A DNA stretch of 64,000 nucleotides, taken from positions 17,906-81,905 of the forward strand of contig JAYPFK010000034.1 of NCBI GenBank assembly GCA_038126235.1, written 5' to 3'. Positions within the stretch are counted from its first letter, which is position 1. Each line of letters begins with the position of its first letter. The notes beneath the pieces are model-generated. The model did not search any database, was not told the DNA's origin, and saw only the letters and a program-made list of their open reading frames with translations. Source of the stretch: Verrucomicrobiales bacterium. GTDB taxonomy: Bacteria > Verrucomicrobiota > Verrucomicrobiia > Limisphaerales > JAYPEY01. Shown here one piece after another: positions 18,708-30,935 of the stretch. A program made the position numbers and the translations under genes.

Positions 18708-19796
18708 TTGAACCCGCTTCATGACATCATCGCCGGGGAGATCCGAGAGAAGGGGCCGATCCCGGTTTCGCGGTTCATGGAGTTGTGTCTTTACCACCCG
18801 GAGCACGGCTATTACGAACGCGACGATACGGTGATCGGGCGGGAAGGGGATTTCTACACAAGCGTCAGCGTCGGGCCGGTTTTCGGGGAGATGCTGGCCT
18901 GGCGGTTCGCGCGTTGGCTGAAGGAATTGGAGCCGCCGTTTCAGATCGTGGAGGCCGGCGCGCACGACGGGCGGCTGGCGAGGGATATTCTCGACTTTCT
19001 TTCGAGCCAGGAACCGGAGTTGGGGAACGATTTGGACTACGTCATCCTCGAACCTTCATCCCGCCGTTGCCGCCGTCAGCGGCAGATGCTCTCCGGACTC
19101 GGCGAGCGTGTCAGGTGGATCAAGGATTGGGACGAGGTGACCGATGCCGGTGTGAACGGGGTCATCTTCTCGAATGAACTGTTGGATGCGTTCCCCGTGG
19201 ATCAGGTGGGATGGGATGCGGCCAGTAACACTTGGTTCGAATGGCGGGTGACCCTGAGCGACGGACGGTTCGAGCGTATGCGCGGACCGGACGTTCCAGC
19301 GTTGTTTACCGTGCCCATATTCGGGCGTCGTAGAGGGGGATATGAGGAGGGATTCACCATGGAGATTCGAAACCCTTCCTTTCGGTGGTGGAGCTGCGCG
19401 GCAAAGGCGCTTTGTACGGGACGTTTGTTGACTCTGGATTACGGTCTGGAATTCGAGGAGTACAGCTCGCCGGACCGCAAGGCAGGCACGCTGCGCGGTT
19501 ATCGGGGGCACCGGATGGCCGATGACATTTTCGCCGATCCCGGCGAGCAGGATCTGACCGCCCATATCGACCTGACCCAACTCAGGGGCATCGGCGAGGT
19601 CAATGGACTCCTCTCGGAGCCGACGATCTCGCAGGGCAGGTGGCTTACGCGCCTGTTGGCGGAGATGCAGGAAGAGCCGGGTTCCTTCCCTGAGTGGACG
19701 CCAAAGCGGCTTCGCCAGTTCCAGACCCTGACGCACCCGCAGCATCTCGGGGAGAAATTCCGGGTTCTGGAGCAGCGGCGGCCGGCGGAACCTTGA
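18708..19796 (+). CDS. MidA/NDUFAF7-family (DUF185) SAM-dependent methyltransferase
   Basis: The hallmark 'FMELCLYHPEHGYY' and a Rossmann-like core are present. Confidence 0.75.
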   Translation: MNPLHDIIAGEIREKGPIPVSRFMELCLYHPEHGYYERDDTVIGREGDFYTSVSVGPVFGEMLAWRFARWLKELEPPFQIVEAGAHDGRLARDILDFLSSQEPELGNDLDYVILEPSSRRCRRQRQMLSGLGERVRWIKDWDEVTDAGVNGVIFSNELLDAFPVDQVGWDAASNTWFEWRVTLSDGRFERMRGPDVPALFTVPIFGRRRGGYEEGFTMEIRNPSFRWWSCAAKALCTGRLLTLDYGLEFEEYSSPDRKAGTLRGYRGHRMADDIFADPGEQDLTAHIDLTQLRGIGEVNGLLSEPTISQGRWLTRLLAEMQEEPGSFPEWTPKRLRQFQTLTHPQHLGEKFRVLEQRRPAEP

Positions 19797-20225
19797 CTAC
19801 GGCTGTTCCGTGGGAGGCGGCGGTTTCTTCTGGGCCATCTTGACGACCTGCAGGGGGATGCGGGCCTTGATCTCCTCGTCGATCGACACGTCGATGGAAT
19901 ACTGGCCGGTCTTCTCGAATTTCAACCGCTGCAGGCCGATGACGATGTTGCGGGAGAAAAAGAAGAGGCTGTCGGGCATCCGGACCTCGAATTTGGATTC
20001 GATCTCCACGGGCTTCACCACCTGGCCGTCTTCATCGATCATCCGCACGGTCAGCGTATGGTGTCCGCTGTCGGTGTCGGTGAATACGATGCGGAGGGCC
20101 ACCGAGCAGTGGGGGTGCTCGGCGGGGAGCTTGGCGACGCCGATGGTGTCGAACGCGCCGAGGATGCACAGCTTGGCGTTGTAGTCCGTGGCCGCGTCGC
20201 AGAGGGTTGCGACTTGAATTTCCAT
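19797..20225 (-). CDS. Hypothetical protein
   Basis: 142-aa ORF with good codon bias and no recognisable motif. Confidence 0.45.
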   Translation of the reverse strand: MEIQVATLCDAATDYNAKLCILGAFDTIGVAKLPAEHPHCSVALRIVFTDTDSGHHTLTVRMIDEDGQVVKPVEIESKFEVRMPDSLFFFSRNIVIGLQRLKFEKTGQYSIDVSIDEEIKARIPLQVVKMAQKKPPPPTEQP

Positions 20226-20427
20226 GGGCCCTGTTTAGGGGCGGGGTCCGGGCTTGTCCATGGGGAATTCCTTGTCGACGCCTTCGGCAGAAGCGGGATG
20301 GTTGTCGCGGTTGATGGCCTCGTCGGCGTTTTTGCGGGCGAAGCCGAGCTGTGCGCGCCCGTTTCGGCGTTCGAGGAAGAGCGCGCGCTTGCCAAGGATC
20401 GGGCTCGACCTTAGCGTTCCGCCCCTT

Positions 20428-21360
20428 ATGGAAAAAGTAGTCATCATCGGAAGCGGTTGCGCCGGTTATACGGCCGCCGTCTACACCGCCCGCGCCAACC
20501 TGAATCCGCTCCTGCTCACCGGCCAGATGCCGGGCGGCCTGCTCACCACGACCACAACCGTGGAAAACTACCCGGGATTCCCGGAAGGCGTGGATGGCTT
20601 TGAACTGATGATGAACATGCAGAAACAGGCGGAACGCTTCGGGACGCGCGTGCAATTGGGCGTCACGGTCGATGAGGTGGACCTGTCCGGGCGGCCGTTC
20701 AAGGTGACGGCCGGCGGCGAGACGATCGAGACCGAGACGCTGATTGTGGCGACGGGCGCGGGGCATCGGCGGTTGGGGCTGGAGAGCGAAGACAAGCTGG
20801 AGAATCACGGCGTCACCTACTGCGCGACCTGCGACGGGGCGTTCCCGCGCTATCGCGACAAGCCTCTGGTCGTGGTGGGCGGCGGGGATTCAGCCTGTGA
20901 GGAGGCCAATTACCTGACCCGTTTCGGTTCGGTGGTTTACCTGATTCACCGCCGCGACGAACTGCGGGCCTCGAAGATCATGGCCGAGCGAGCCCTTTCA
21001 AACCCGAAGATCAAGCCGGTCTGGGATTCCGTTGTGACCGAGATCCTGGATGTGGAGAAGCAGGACGTGAGCGGCGTGCGACTCAAGAACGTCAAAACCG
21101 GCGAGGAATCCACGCTGGACTGCACCGGGGTGTTCATCGCCATCGGGCACGTTCCGCACACGCAGATCTTCGAGGGGCAGTTGGACATGAACGACGAGGG
21201 CTACATCAACCGGACGGAGGGTTCGAAGACCAACGTGCCGGGCGTGTTTGTCGCGGGCGACTGTTCGGACCATGTCTACCGGCAGGCGATCACGGCCGCG
21301 GGCATGGGATGTCAGGCGGGCATCGATGCCGAGCGATATCTGGCGGACTTGGAGAGATGA
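20428..21360 (+). CDS. trxB: Thioredoxin-disulfide reductase
   Basis: FAD motif 'VIIGSGCAGYTAA', redox-active 'CATCDG', and NADPH motif 'VVVGGGDSA'. The start is taken at the internal ATG at 20428. Confidence 0.9.
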   Translation: MEKVVIIGSGCAGYTAAVYTARANLNPLLLTGQMPGGLLTTTTTVENYPGFPEGVDGFELMMNMQKQAERFGTRVQLGVTVDEVDLSGRPFKVTAGGETIETETLIVATGAGHRRLGLESEDKLENHGVTYCATCDGAFPRYRDKPLVVVGGGDSACEEANYLTRFGSVVYLIHRRDELRASKIMAERALSNPKIKPVWDSVVTEILDVEKQDVSGVRLKNVKTGEESTLDCTGVFIAIGHVPHTQIFEGQLDMNDEGYINRTEGSKTNVPGVFVAGDCSDHVYRQAITAAGMGCQAGIDAERYLADLER

Positions 21361-21374
21361 TGAGGCTGGGGAAT

Positions 21375-21600
21375 GGGCGTATAAGGGTATGAGGGTATGG
21401 AGCCTTCCGGGACTCCAAAGCCGTCGTCCTCGTCCTCGGACGATTCGATGCTCCTTTGCGGCCCGAGGGCGATTGCATCCTCTCAACCGCTTGTTTCCCG
21501 TAACTTGATCGAGCACGAGGACGAGTAGGAGGACGAGGACGAGGACGAAAGACCCTCCCACGCTCATTCCCCGATACCCTCATACCCGAATACCCCACCC
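21375..21600. repeat. Long imperfect palindrome with roughly 80-nt arms, carrying GGGTATGAGGGTATGG and (GAGGAC)n blocks
   Basis: Left arm at about 21375-21455 and right arm at about 21500-21600 are reverse-complementary: 'gggtatgagggtatgg' pairs with 'ccgataccctcatacc', and 'cgtcgtcctcgtcctcggacg' pairs with 'gaggacgaggacgaggacgaaag'. It occupies the trxB-rhodanese intergenic region. Confidence 0.55.
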
Positions 21601-21601
21601 A

Positions 21602-21916
21602 ATGACCCCCACCGAACTTTCCGAACGGCTCGCTGCCGGTGATGACCTTGCGCTGCTCGACGTCCGCGAGCCCAACGAGCATGAGTTCGTGTCCCTGCCG
21701 AACTCCGTCCATATTCCCCTGCGTGAACTTCCCGCACGGATCGCTGAATTGGAGCCCCTTCGCGATCGCGAGACGGTGGTCTATTGTCATCACGGGGTTC
21801 GAAGCGCCCATGCCATCGGTTACCTTCGGCAGCTCGGATTTGAGCGGCTCCACAATCTTGCCGGAGGGATCGACCGCTGGAGCTTGGAGGTGGATCCGAC
21901 GCTGCCGCGTTATTGA
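21602..21916 (+). CDS. Rhodanese-domain sulfurtransferase (single domain)
   Basis: The active-site loop 'VYCHHGVRS' and the rhodanese fold are present. Confidence 0.8.
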   Translation: MTPTELSERLAAGDDLALLDVREPNEHEFVSLPNSVHIPLRELPARIAELEPLRDRETVVYCHHGVRSAHAIGYLRQLGFERLHNLAGGIDRWSLEVDPTLPRY

Positions 21917-22011
21917 GGAGCGGGGAGTCGCGACCGGGTTGTGAAATTCTTGCCCGGATCGCGCAACGATTCCTTTATTTCGAGGGACAAGCCGTGTTAA
22001 CTCGCTCGCTC

Positions 22012-22671
22012 ATGGCCCGAAAATCCCAGATCAAACGCGACACGTCGGAGACGCGCATCTCTTTGCGGCTCAACGTGGATGGCACGGGAAAGTCCCGCAT
22101 CCGGACCGGTATCGCGTTTTTCGATCACATGCTGACGTTGTTTGCCAAGCATGCGGTGATCGACCTGAGCCTGACCTGCAAGGGGGACTTGGAGGTGGAC
22201 GCGCATCACACGGTGGAGGACTGCGGCATTGCCTTGGGGGAAGCGTTTCTGGAGGCTTTGGGGGACAAGAAAGGCCTGCGACGGTATGGGACCGGTTTTG
22301 ATCCGCGAAACCCTTTCACCGGGGAAGCCTATCTGCCGATGGACGAAACGCTGGCGCGCTGCGTGATCGATTTCAGCGGTCGTCCCTACCTGGTCTGGCG
22401 GAAGTTGGACAAGTTGAGCCACAAGAAGATCAGCGAGGAGGAACGGACGCAGGACATGTCCTCGGCCTTCCGCTTTGGACTGGCGCGCGAGTTTTTTCAG
22501 GGTTTTGCCAATGCGGCGCGGTGCAATCTGCATCTGGAGCTGTTGTATGGCGAGGAGCCGCATCACGTGGTGGAGGCGTTGTTCAAGGCTTTTGCCCGGG
22601 CGACGGATTTCGCGTGTCAGGGCGACCCGCGGATTGCCGGCCAGATTCCCAGCACGAAAGGCAGGCTCTGA
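22012..22671 (+). CDS. hisB: Imidazoleglycerol-phosphate dehydratase
   Basis: 'RDTSETRISL', 'HHTVED' and other IGPD motifs are present. Start taken at the ATG at 22012. Confidence 0.9.
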   Translation: MARKSQIKRDTSETRISLRLNVDGTGKSRIRTGIAFFDHMLTLFAKHAVIDLSLTCKGDLEVDAHHTVEDCGIALGEAFLEALGDKKGLRRYGTGFDPRNPFTGEAYLPMDETLARCVIDFSGRPYLVWRKLDKLSHKKISEEERTQDMSSAFRFGLAREFFQGFANAARCNLHLELLYGEEPHHVVEALFKAFARATDFACQGDPRIAGQIPSTKGRL

Positions 22672-22712
22672 GCCGGATTGACTGAACCGGGGTCAAGAAT
22701 TTCACGTCCACC

Positions 22713-23315
22713 ATGTCCGACACAATCGACTACAGCCAGGCCGAGGATACGGAGCTGGTGCAGCGGTCCAAGGAGCGGGACATGCAGGCCTACGAAGAGT
22801 TGGTGGCGCGGCACCGGGACAAGATCTACGCCCGTGCCTTCAGCATGATGCGGAACGAGGACGAGGCCCTCGACATCTCGCAGGAGGCCTGGGTGAAGGG
22901 CTGGCGGCGGTTGAAGCAGTTCCATGGGCAGGCCAGTTTTGCGACCTGGATGACCCGGATCACAATCAACCTCTGCCTGGACCTGATCCGTAAGAAAAAG
23001 CGGCAGCGCGCGGAGTCCATCGAGCAGTTGGACGATGATTTGGGCGGGGTCGAGCGGCAGATGGACGTGGTGGAGGTCAACCCCACGGCCGGGCTGGAGC
23101 GGCAGGAACTGCGGGAGAAGATCGATCAGGCCCTGGAGCAGCTGTCCGATTCACATCGGACGGCGATTGTGATGCATGAATTCCAACAACTTGAATACAA
23201 GGAGATCGCGAAACGTATGAACTGTTCTATAGGAACGGTCATGTCGCGGTTGTTTTACGCGAGGCGGCGGTTGGCGTCGCTCTTGGCGGGCTTGAGAAAG
23301 AAAGACGAACTCTGA
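22713..23315 (+). CDS. ECF-subfamily RNA polymerase sigma-70 factor
   Basis: Region 2 'YARAFSMMRNEDEALDISQEAWVKGW' and region 4 HTH 'EYKEIAKRMNCSIGTVMSRL' are present. Confidence 0.9.
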   Translation: MSDTIDYSQAEDTELVQRSKERDMQAYEELVARHRDKIYARAFSMMRNEDEALDISQEAWVKGWRRLKQFHGQASFATWMTRITINLCLDLIRKKKRQRAESIEQLDDDLGGVERQMDVVEVNPTAGLERQELREKIDQALEQLSDSHRTAIVMHEFQQLEYKEIAKRMNCSIGTVMSRLFYARRRLASLLAGLRKKDEL

Positions 23316-23809
23316 TGAAACTGGAAACACAACTGAGCATTCAGGCATTGATCGACGGTGAGCTGTCGGACGCAAAGAGGCGCGAAGTCGAGCGGTTGCT
23401 GGCGGCGGACGCCGGGGCCAAGGCCCTGCACGCGGAGCTGGCAAACACGGTCGGCGCCCTGCGCGACGGAGAACTGGCGCGCGAGTTGCCGGAATCGCGG
23501 GAATTCTTCTGGTCCAAGGTCGCCGACGAAATTGAGGCGGCCGAACGGAGCGAGGCCCGATCGGTGCGCTCCCCGGGAGCCAAGGCCTGGTGGACCCGGT
23601 TGCTGGCCCCGCTCGGCGCCGCGGCGGCGTTGGTTGTTGCATTCACGGTATTCCAATCCGGCGGGCCGCAGGGTGGTCCGCATGTGGTGCGGCCGGGCGT
23701 GGAGACCGTGGCTGACACCGAGCTGGAACTGCCCAATTCCGTTACTTTGCACCTTTTTCAGGAGGATGCCACCGTGATCTGGGTGGATACCACTGCCGAC
23801 CTGAATTAG
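23315..23809 (+). CDS. Anti-sigma factor (single TM, zinc-less)
   Basis: Its start overlaps the sigma stop (ATGA). An N-terminal sigma-binding helix 'IDGELSD' is followed by a TM segment 'LGAAAALVVAFTVF'. Confidence 0.6.
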   Translation: MKLETQLSIQALIDGELSDAKRREVERLLAADAGAKALHAELANTVGALRDGELARELPESREFFWSKVADEIEAAERSEARSVRSPGAKAWWTRLLAPLGAAAALVVAFTVFQSGGPQGGPHVVRPGVETVADTELELPNSVTLHLFQEDATVIWVDTTADLN

Positions 23810-23850
23810 CAGTTTACGCACCGGAAAGCAGCCTTTAGAGTCTGATCCCC

Positions 23851-24366
23851 ATGGCACGTTTCAGGATACAATGGATGGTCTTTTCCCTTTTTGTGGCGAC
23901 CTTGGCCCTTTCTTCGTTCAGCGCACACGCGGGAAAGGACGCTCCCAAGGGCTCGGAGGTGAAATTCCAGGGGCAGCTCGTCTGGGGGACGAATGATGAC
24001 CCGACAAAATACCCCCACTTCAAGGAGGTTGACGTCAAGAACCAGAAGATTCTCAAGAATTTCAAGTGGAAGCATTATCTGGTCACGAACAAGAAGAATT
24101 TCGCGCTGAGCCCCGGAGAGCAAAAGAGGGTGCAGATGAGCGACAAGTGTGAAATTGTCGCCAAACACCGAGGAGCTTCACCCACCCCCGGCAAACGGGA
24201 CCCCCAGATGATCGCTGTCACGCTGATGGGAGAGGGCAAGCCGGTGGCCCGTCACAGCAAGGCGGTTTGCGAGGGGCATACCATCGCGCTTGGCGGAGAC
24301 TTGAAGAACGGGACGGCATGGTTTGTCCTGCTTAAGCGAGTTCCCGCCAAACCAGCCTCTGAGTAG
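23851..24366 (+). CDS. Secreted hypothetical protein, a likely ECF-regulon target, in a lower-GC segment
   Basis: Signal peptide 'MVFSLFVATLALSSFSAHA', lysine-rich and AT-richer than the flanking sequence. It is followed by a canonical terminator. Confidence 0.5.
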   Translation: MARFRIQWMVFSLFVATLALSSFSAHAGKDAPKGSEVKFQGQLVWGTNDDPTKYPHFKEVDVKNQKILKNFKWKHYLVTNKKNFALSPGEQKRVQMSDKCEIVAKHRGASPTPGKRDPQMIAVTLMGEGKPVARHSKAVCEGHTIALGGDLKNGTAWFVLLKRVPAKPASE

Positions 24367-24555
24367 ACCGTATCCGGCTTGACAGCTGGTTCGCAAACCT
24401 ATCCCGATTCGACATGTTTCAGGGGTGATTCTCTAGCGCGAAAAGGGTCATTCTGACTCAATTTTGCTTCCATGAGCGCCGTGAGTTTCACGGCCTTAGC
24501 GGTTTCCGACGTTCTTGAAGGGGGCAACACAACAGATTTGAAGTTGTCTGTATTG

Positions 24556-24581
24556 AACCACAACCGGTTGTGGTTTTTTCT
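24556..24581 (+). terminator. Rho-independent terminator
   Basis: Perfect palindrome 'aaccacaaccggttgtggtt' followed by 'ttttct'. Confidence 0.55.
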
Positions 24582-24629
24582 CGAAAAACACTCCAATTCT
24601 ACGTTGTGTTCCACATGGCGAATCGATAG

Positions 24630-27218
<2,589 letters not shown>

Positions 27219-27273
27219 GTCGGGGCGGACCGGAGAATTTCCACGAACGGACCCAAGGACAGATCGGCGAGAT

Positions 27274-29985
27274 ATGGCTGACGAGAACGAAGAAAACCAG
27301 GATGCCGGGCAGGAGTCGGCCCCGGAGAACAGTCAGGTGCAGCAGCCGCAACAGCTGCCGGTGACGAACACGCCGCTGTTTGCCGCGAATGAGAACGTCG
27401 CCAAGATCAATGTCGCCGACGAGATCAAGAACTCGTTCCTGGACTATTCGATGTCCGTCATCGTGTCGCGCGCTTTGCCGGATGTCCGTGACGGTCTGAA
27501 GCCGTCCCAGCGGCGGCTGCTCTATGCCATGAATCAGTTGGGCGTCCAACCCAACAAAAAGCACCTGAAGTGCGCCAAGATCGTCGGTGAGACGATGGGC
27601 AACTACCACCCGCACGGCGACCAGGCGATCTATCCCACGCTGGTTCACATGGCCCAGCCTTGGGCCATGCGCGACACGCTGGTTGACGGCCAGGGCAACT
27701 TCGGTTCCGTCGAGAACGATCCTCCCGCCGCCATGCGTTACACCGAGGCCCGGTTGACGCACCTCGGCTCGGTCATGATGGAGGACATGGACAAGGACAC
27801 GGTCGATTTCATGCCGACCTACGACGAGGCCAACACCGAGCCTGTCGTCCTCCCGTCCGCGTTCCCGCAACTTCTCGCCAACGGCGGGACCGGCATCGCG
27901 GTCGGCATGGCCACCAACATGGCCCCGCACAATCTCGGCGAGGTCATCGACGGCATCTGCGCGGTGATCGACCGGCCGGAGATCTCGATCGACGAGATCA
28001 ACGCGGATTACATCAAGGGGCCGGATTTTCCGACCGGCTGCATCATCTGCGGCACGGCGGGCATCAAGAGTTACTTCCATACCGGGCGGGGCAGCGTGAA
28101 GGTCAGGGGGCGCGTGGGCGTTGAGCAGCTCAAGGGCAACAAGGAGCAGATCGTCATCACCGAGATCCCGTTCAACGTGAATCGGGCCAACCTCGTCTCC
28201 CGCATTGCGGAGCTGGTCAACGACAAGACCCCGGGCTTCACGGATATTTCCGCCGTTCGGGATGAGTCGGACGAGAACACCCGTGTGGTTGTGGAGTTGA
28301 AGCGCGATGGCATCCCCAAGGTGGTCATCAACAATCTCTACAAATCCACGGCGCTCGGATCGACCTTTTCGGTCAACGCGCTGGCGATCGATCACGGCCG
28401 GCCGAAGACCCTGAATCTCAAGGAGCTGATCAACTGCTACATTGAGCATCGTCGCGAGGTTGTGCTGCGTCGCACGCGCTACCTGCTCAAGAAGGCGGAG
28501 GATCGCGCCGAGGTGCTGGAAGGTTACCTGATCGCGCTGGCCAACCTGGACGAGTTCATCCACATCATCCGCAGTTCCAGCAACCGCGAGGAGGCCAAGG
28601 TGAGATTGCTGGCCTTCGAATGGAGCAAGGAGCAGGTGCAGAACTGGGGCATCTTCCTGCGCAAGGAGGCGAACATCGATGAGACCGGCCAGTACGCGCT
28701 GACCGAACGCCAGGTCAACGCGATCCTTGAACTGAGGCTCTACCAGTTGACCGGGCTGGAAATCGACAAGGTCGAGGCCGAGTACAAGGAACTTCTCGAG
28801 ACCATCAAGGACCTGCTGGACATCCTCGCCCGCGAGGAACGCGTGCTGCAGATCATCAAGGACGAACTCAAGGTCATCCGCGACAAGCACGCCACGCCGC
28901 GGCGGTCGGACATTGTGCCGGACGAAGGGGAGATGGCGATCGAGGACCTCATCGCCAACGAACCCGTCATCATCACGCTCACCCACAATGGTCTGGTCAA
29001 ACGCACGAACATCAGCTCCTACCGCGCGCAGCGTCGCGGCGGCAAGGGCGTGATCGGCATGGAGACCCGCCAGAAGAGCGCCGTCGAGGGAACGGATTCC
29101 GATTTCATCGAGCATCTGTTCACGGCCAGCACGCACGACTATCTCATGTTCTTCACGAACACCGGGCGCGTCTACGTCGAACGGGTGCACGAGATTCCGG
29201 ACCTGGGGCGGGCGTCGAAGGGACGAAGCATCGCCAATGTCCTGGAAATGCAGTCCGGTGAGAAGATCGCCGCCATGAAGCGGGTCATTGGCAAGTACGA
29301 TGAGGAGAAGAATGACGTCACCTTCAAGCAGCCGGGCCACATCTTCTTCTCCACGCAGAACGGCACTGTCAAGAAGACCGAGCTCAGCGATTTCTCCAAT
29401 GTCCGCAAGGGCGGCATCATCGCCATCAAGATCGTGGAGGGCGACGACCTCATCGACGTCAAGCTCACCTCCGGCCACAACGAGGTGGTCCTGATCACGC
29501 GCAAGGGCCTGAGCATCCGCTTCAACGAGGAGAACGTCCGTTCGATGGGGCGCGCCACCACCGGCGTGCGCGGCATCAACCTGACCTCGGGCGACGAGGT
29601 CGTGGCCATGGCGATCGTCGAGGAGGATCACACCCTGCTCGTGGCGGGCGAGAACGGCATCGGCAAGCGCACGCCCTTCGACGACTACCGCGTTCAGAGC
29701 CGTGGCGGCAAGGGCATCATCACCATGAAGACCACCGGCAAGACCGGCGGCGTGGTGGGCGCGCTCAGTGTGCGCGACACCGACGAGATGATGCTGATCA
29801 CCTTCAAGGGCCAGATGGTCCGCACCCGCGTCCACGACGTCCGCGAATGCGGGCGGAACACCCAGGGCGTGAAGCTCATCGAACTTTCTTCCGGCGACAA
29901 GCTCCAGGCCATCGCCCCCGTCATCGACGAGGATCGGCCGGCAGAGGCGGGAGACGAGGCAAACCTGGAATCCGGCGAGGACTGA
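27274..29985 (+). CDS. gyrA: DNA gyrase subunit A
   Basis: Active-site Tyr region '[10 protein letters not shown]', the QRDR 'HPHGDQAIY', and C-terminal beta-pinwheel repeats are present. Confidence 0.95.
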   Translation: MADENEENQDAGQESAPENSQVQQPQQLPVTNTPLFAANENVAKINVADEIKNSFLDYSMSVIVSRALPDVRDGLKPSQRRLLYAMNQLGVQPNKKHLKCAKIVGETMGNYHPHGDQAIYPTLVHMAQPWAMRDTLVDGQGNFGSVENDPPAAMRYTEARLTHLGSVMMEDMDKDTVDFMPTYDEANTEPVVLPSAFPQLLANGGTGIAVGMATNMAPHNLGEVIDGICAVIDRPEISIDEINADYIKGPDFPTGCIICGTAGIKSYFHTGRGSVKVRGRVGVEQLKGNKEQIVITEIPFNVNRANLVSRIAELVNDKTPGFTDISAVRDESDENTRVVVELKRDGIPKVVINNLYKSTALGSTFSVNALAIDHGRPKTLNLKELINCYIEHRREVVLRRTRYLLKKAEDRAEVLEGYLIALANLDEFIHIIRSSSNREEAKVRLLAFEWSKEQVQNWGIFLRKEANIDETGQYALTERQVNAILELRLYQLTGLEIDKVEAEYKELLETIKDLLDILAREERVLQIIKDELKVIRDKHATPRRSDIVPDEGEMAIEDLIANEPVIITLTHNGLVKRTNISSYRAQRRGGKGVIGMETRQKSAVEGTDSDFIEHLFTASTHDYLMFFTNTGRVYVERVHEIPDLGRASKGRSIANVLEMQSGEKIAAMKRVIGKYDEEKNDVTFKQPGHIFFSTQNGTVKKTELSDFSNVRKGGIIAIKIVEGDDLIDVKLTSGHNEVVLITRKGLSIRFNEENVRSMGRATTGVRGINLTSGDEVVAMAIVEEDHTLLVAGENGIGKRTPFDDYRVQSRGGKGIITMKTTGKTGGVVGALSVRDTDEMMLITFKGQMVRTRVHDVRECGRNTQGVKLIELSSGDKLQAIAPVIDEDRPAEAGDEANLESGED

Positions 29986-30053
29986 AGCGGAGAGGCCGGG
30001 CTCTCTTTCCTTTCCGCTTTACCTTTCGGACTCCTGTTCCATAAATCCCGCCC

Positions 30054-30863
30054 GTGCCGAATCCTGTCATATCCATTGCGAATCAAAAGGGCGGGGTGGG
30101 AAAGACCACCACGACCATCAGTCTGGCCGCCTGCCTGGGCGCGCAGGGGAAACGCGTGCTCGTGGTCGATATCGATCCGCAGGCCAATGCGACTTCCGGG
30201 CTGGGGCTGGAAAAGCAGCCCGGCGGCAGCGTGCTCGGGCCGCTCATGGAGGAGGCTTCCGTTGCCGATCGCATCAAGTACACGGTCTTTGAGAACATCT
30301 ACGTGCTGCCGAGCGAGATCGATCTGTGCGGCGCGGAGATTGAACTTTGCAGCCGTGAGAATCCGGCCGGGCAGTTGACCCGTGTGCTGGAGCCGCTGCG
30401 CGAGAGTCCGGATATCGATCTGATCCTGATCGACTGCCCGCCGTCGCTGGGCATCCTGACCTTGAACGCCTTTTCCGCGTCGGACTGGCTGATCGTTCCG
30501 CTGCAATGTGAGTACTATGCGCTGGAGGGCATCTCGACCCTGATGAACACCCTGGAGCAGTTGAAGAGCAACGGCGTGACGTCGAGGCTGGAGCTGCTGG
30601 GCATCGTGATGACCATGTTCGACGGCCGCACGAACCTGTCCAACATGGTGGTTGACGAGGTGCAGAGCCACTTCGGCGACAAGGTGTTCGAGACCGTGAT
30701 TCCGCGCACCACGAAGCTGGCCGAAGCCCCCAGTCATGGGAAACCGATCCGCGAATATGACGGCTACAACGCCGGCGCCGCCGCCTACGACGTGCTGGCC
30801 GAGGAGGTGGCGCGACGGTTGGAGGAGGCCAGGGAGCCCCGGAACGAAGCTCCGGGGCAATAG
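30054..30863 (+). CDS. parA: ParA/Soj-family ATPase, orphan with no adjacent parB
   Basis: Deviant Walker A 'KGGVGKTTT'. 269 aa. No ParB/Spo0J ORF follows. Confidence 0.9.
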   Translation: MPNPVISIANQKGGVGKTTTTISLAACLGAQGKRVLVVDIDPQANATSGLGLEKQPGGSVLGPLMEEASVADRIKYTVFENIYVLPSEIDLCGAEIELCSRENPAGQLTRVLEPLRESPDIDLILIDCPPSLGILTLNAFSASDWLIVPLQCEYYALEGISTLMNTLEQLKSNGVTSRLELLGIVMTMFDGRTNLSNMVVDEVQSHFGDKVFETVIPRTTKLAEAPSHGKPIREYDGYNAGAAAYDVLAEEVARRLEEAREPRNEAPGQ

Positions 30864-30935
30864 GGCGACGCCGCAAAACTTCGCAGGTCGGGCCGGTATG
30901 GAAGGAAGGCGGAACCCGCCCGGCCTCGCGCCGCG

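Noticed and set aside
21501-21545. (GAGGAC)n tract as a possible CRISPR-like or tandem-repeat array
   Set aside because: It has only about 5 short hexamer units with no spacers. It is one arm of the larger palindrome, not an array.
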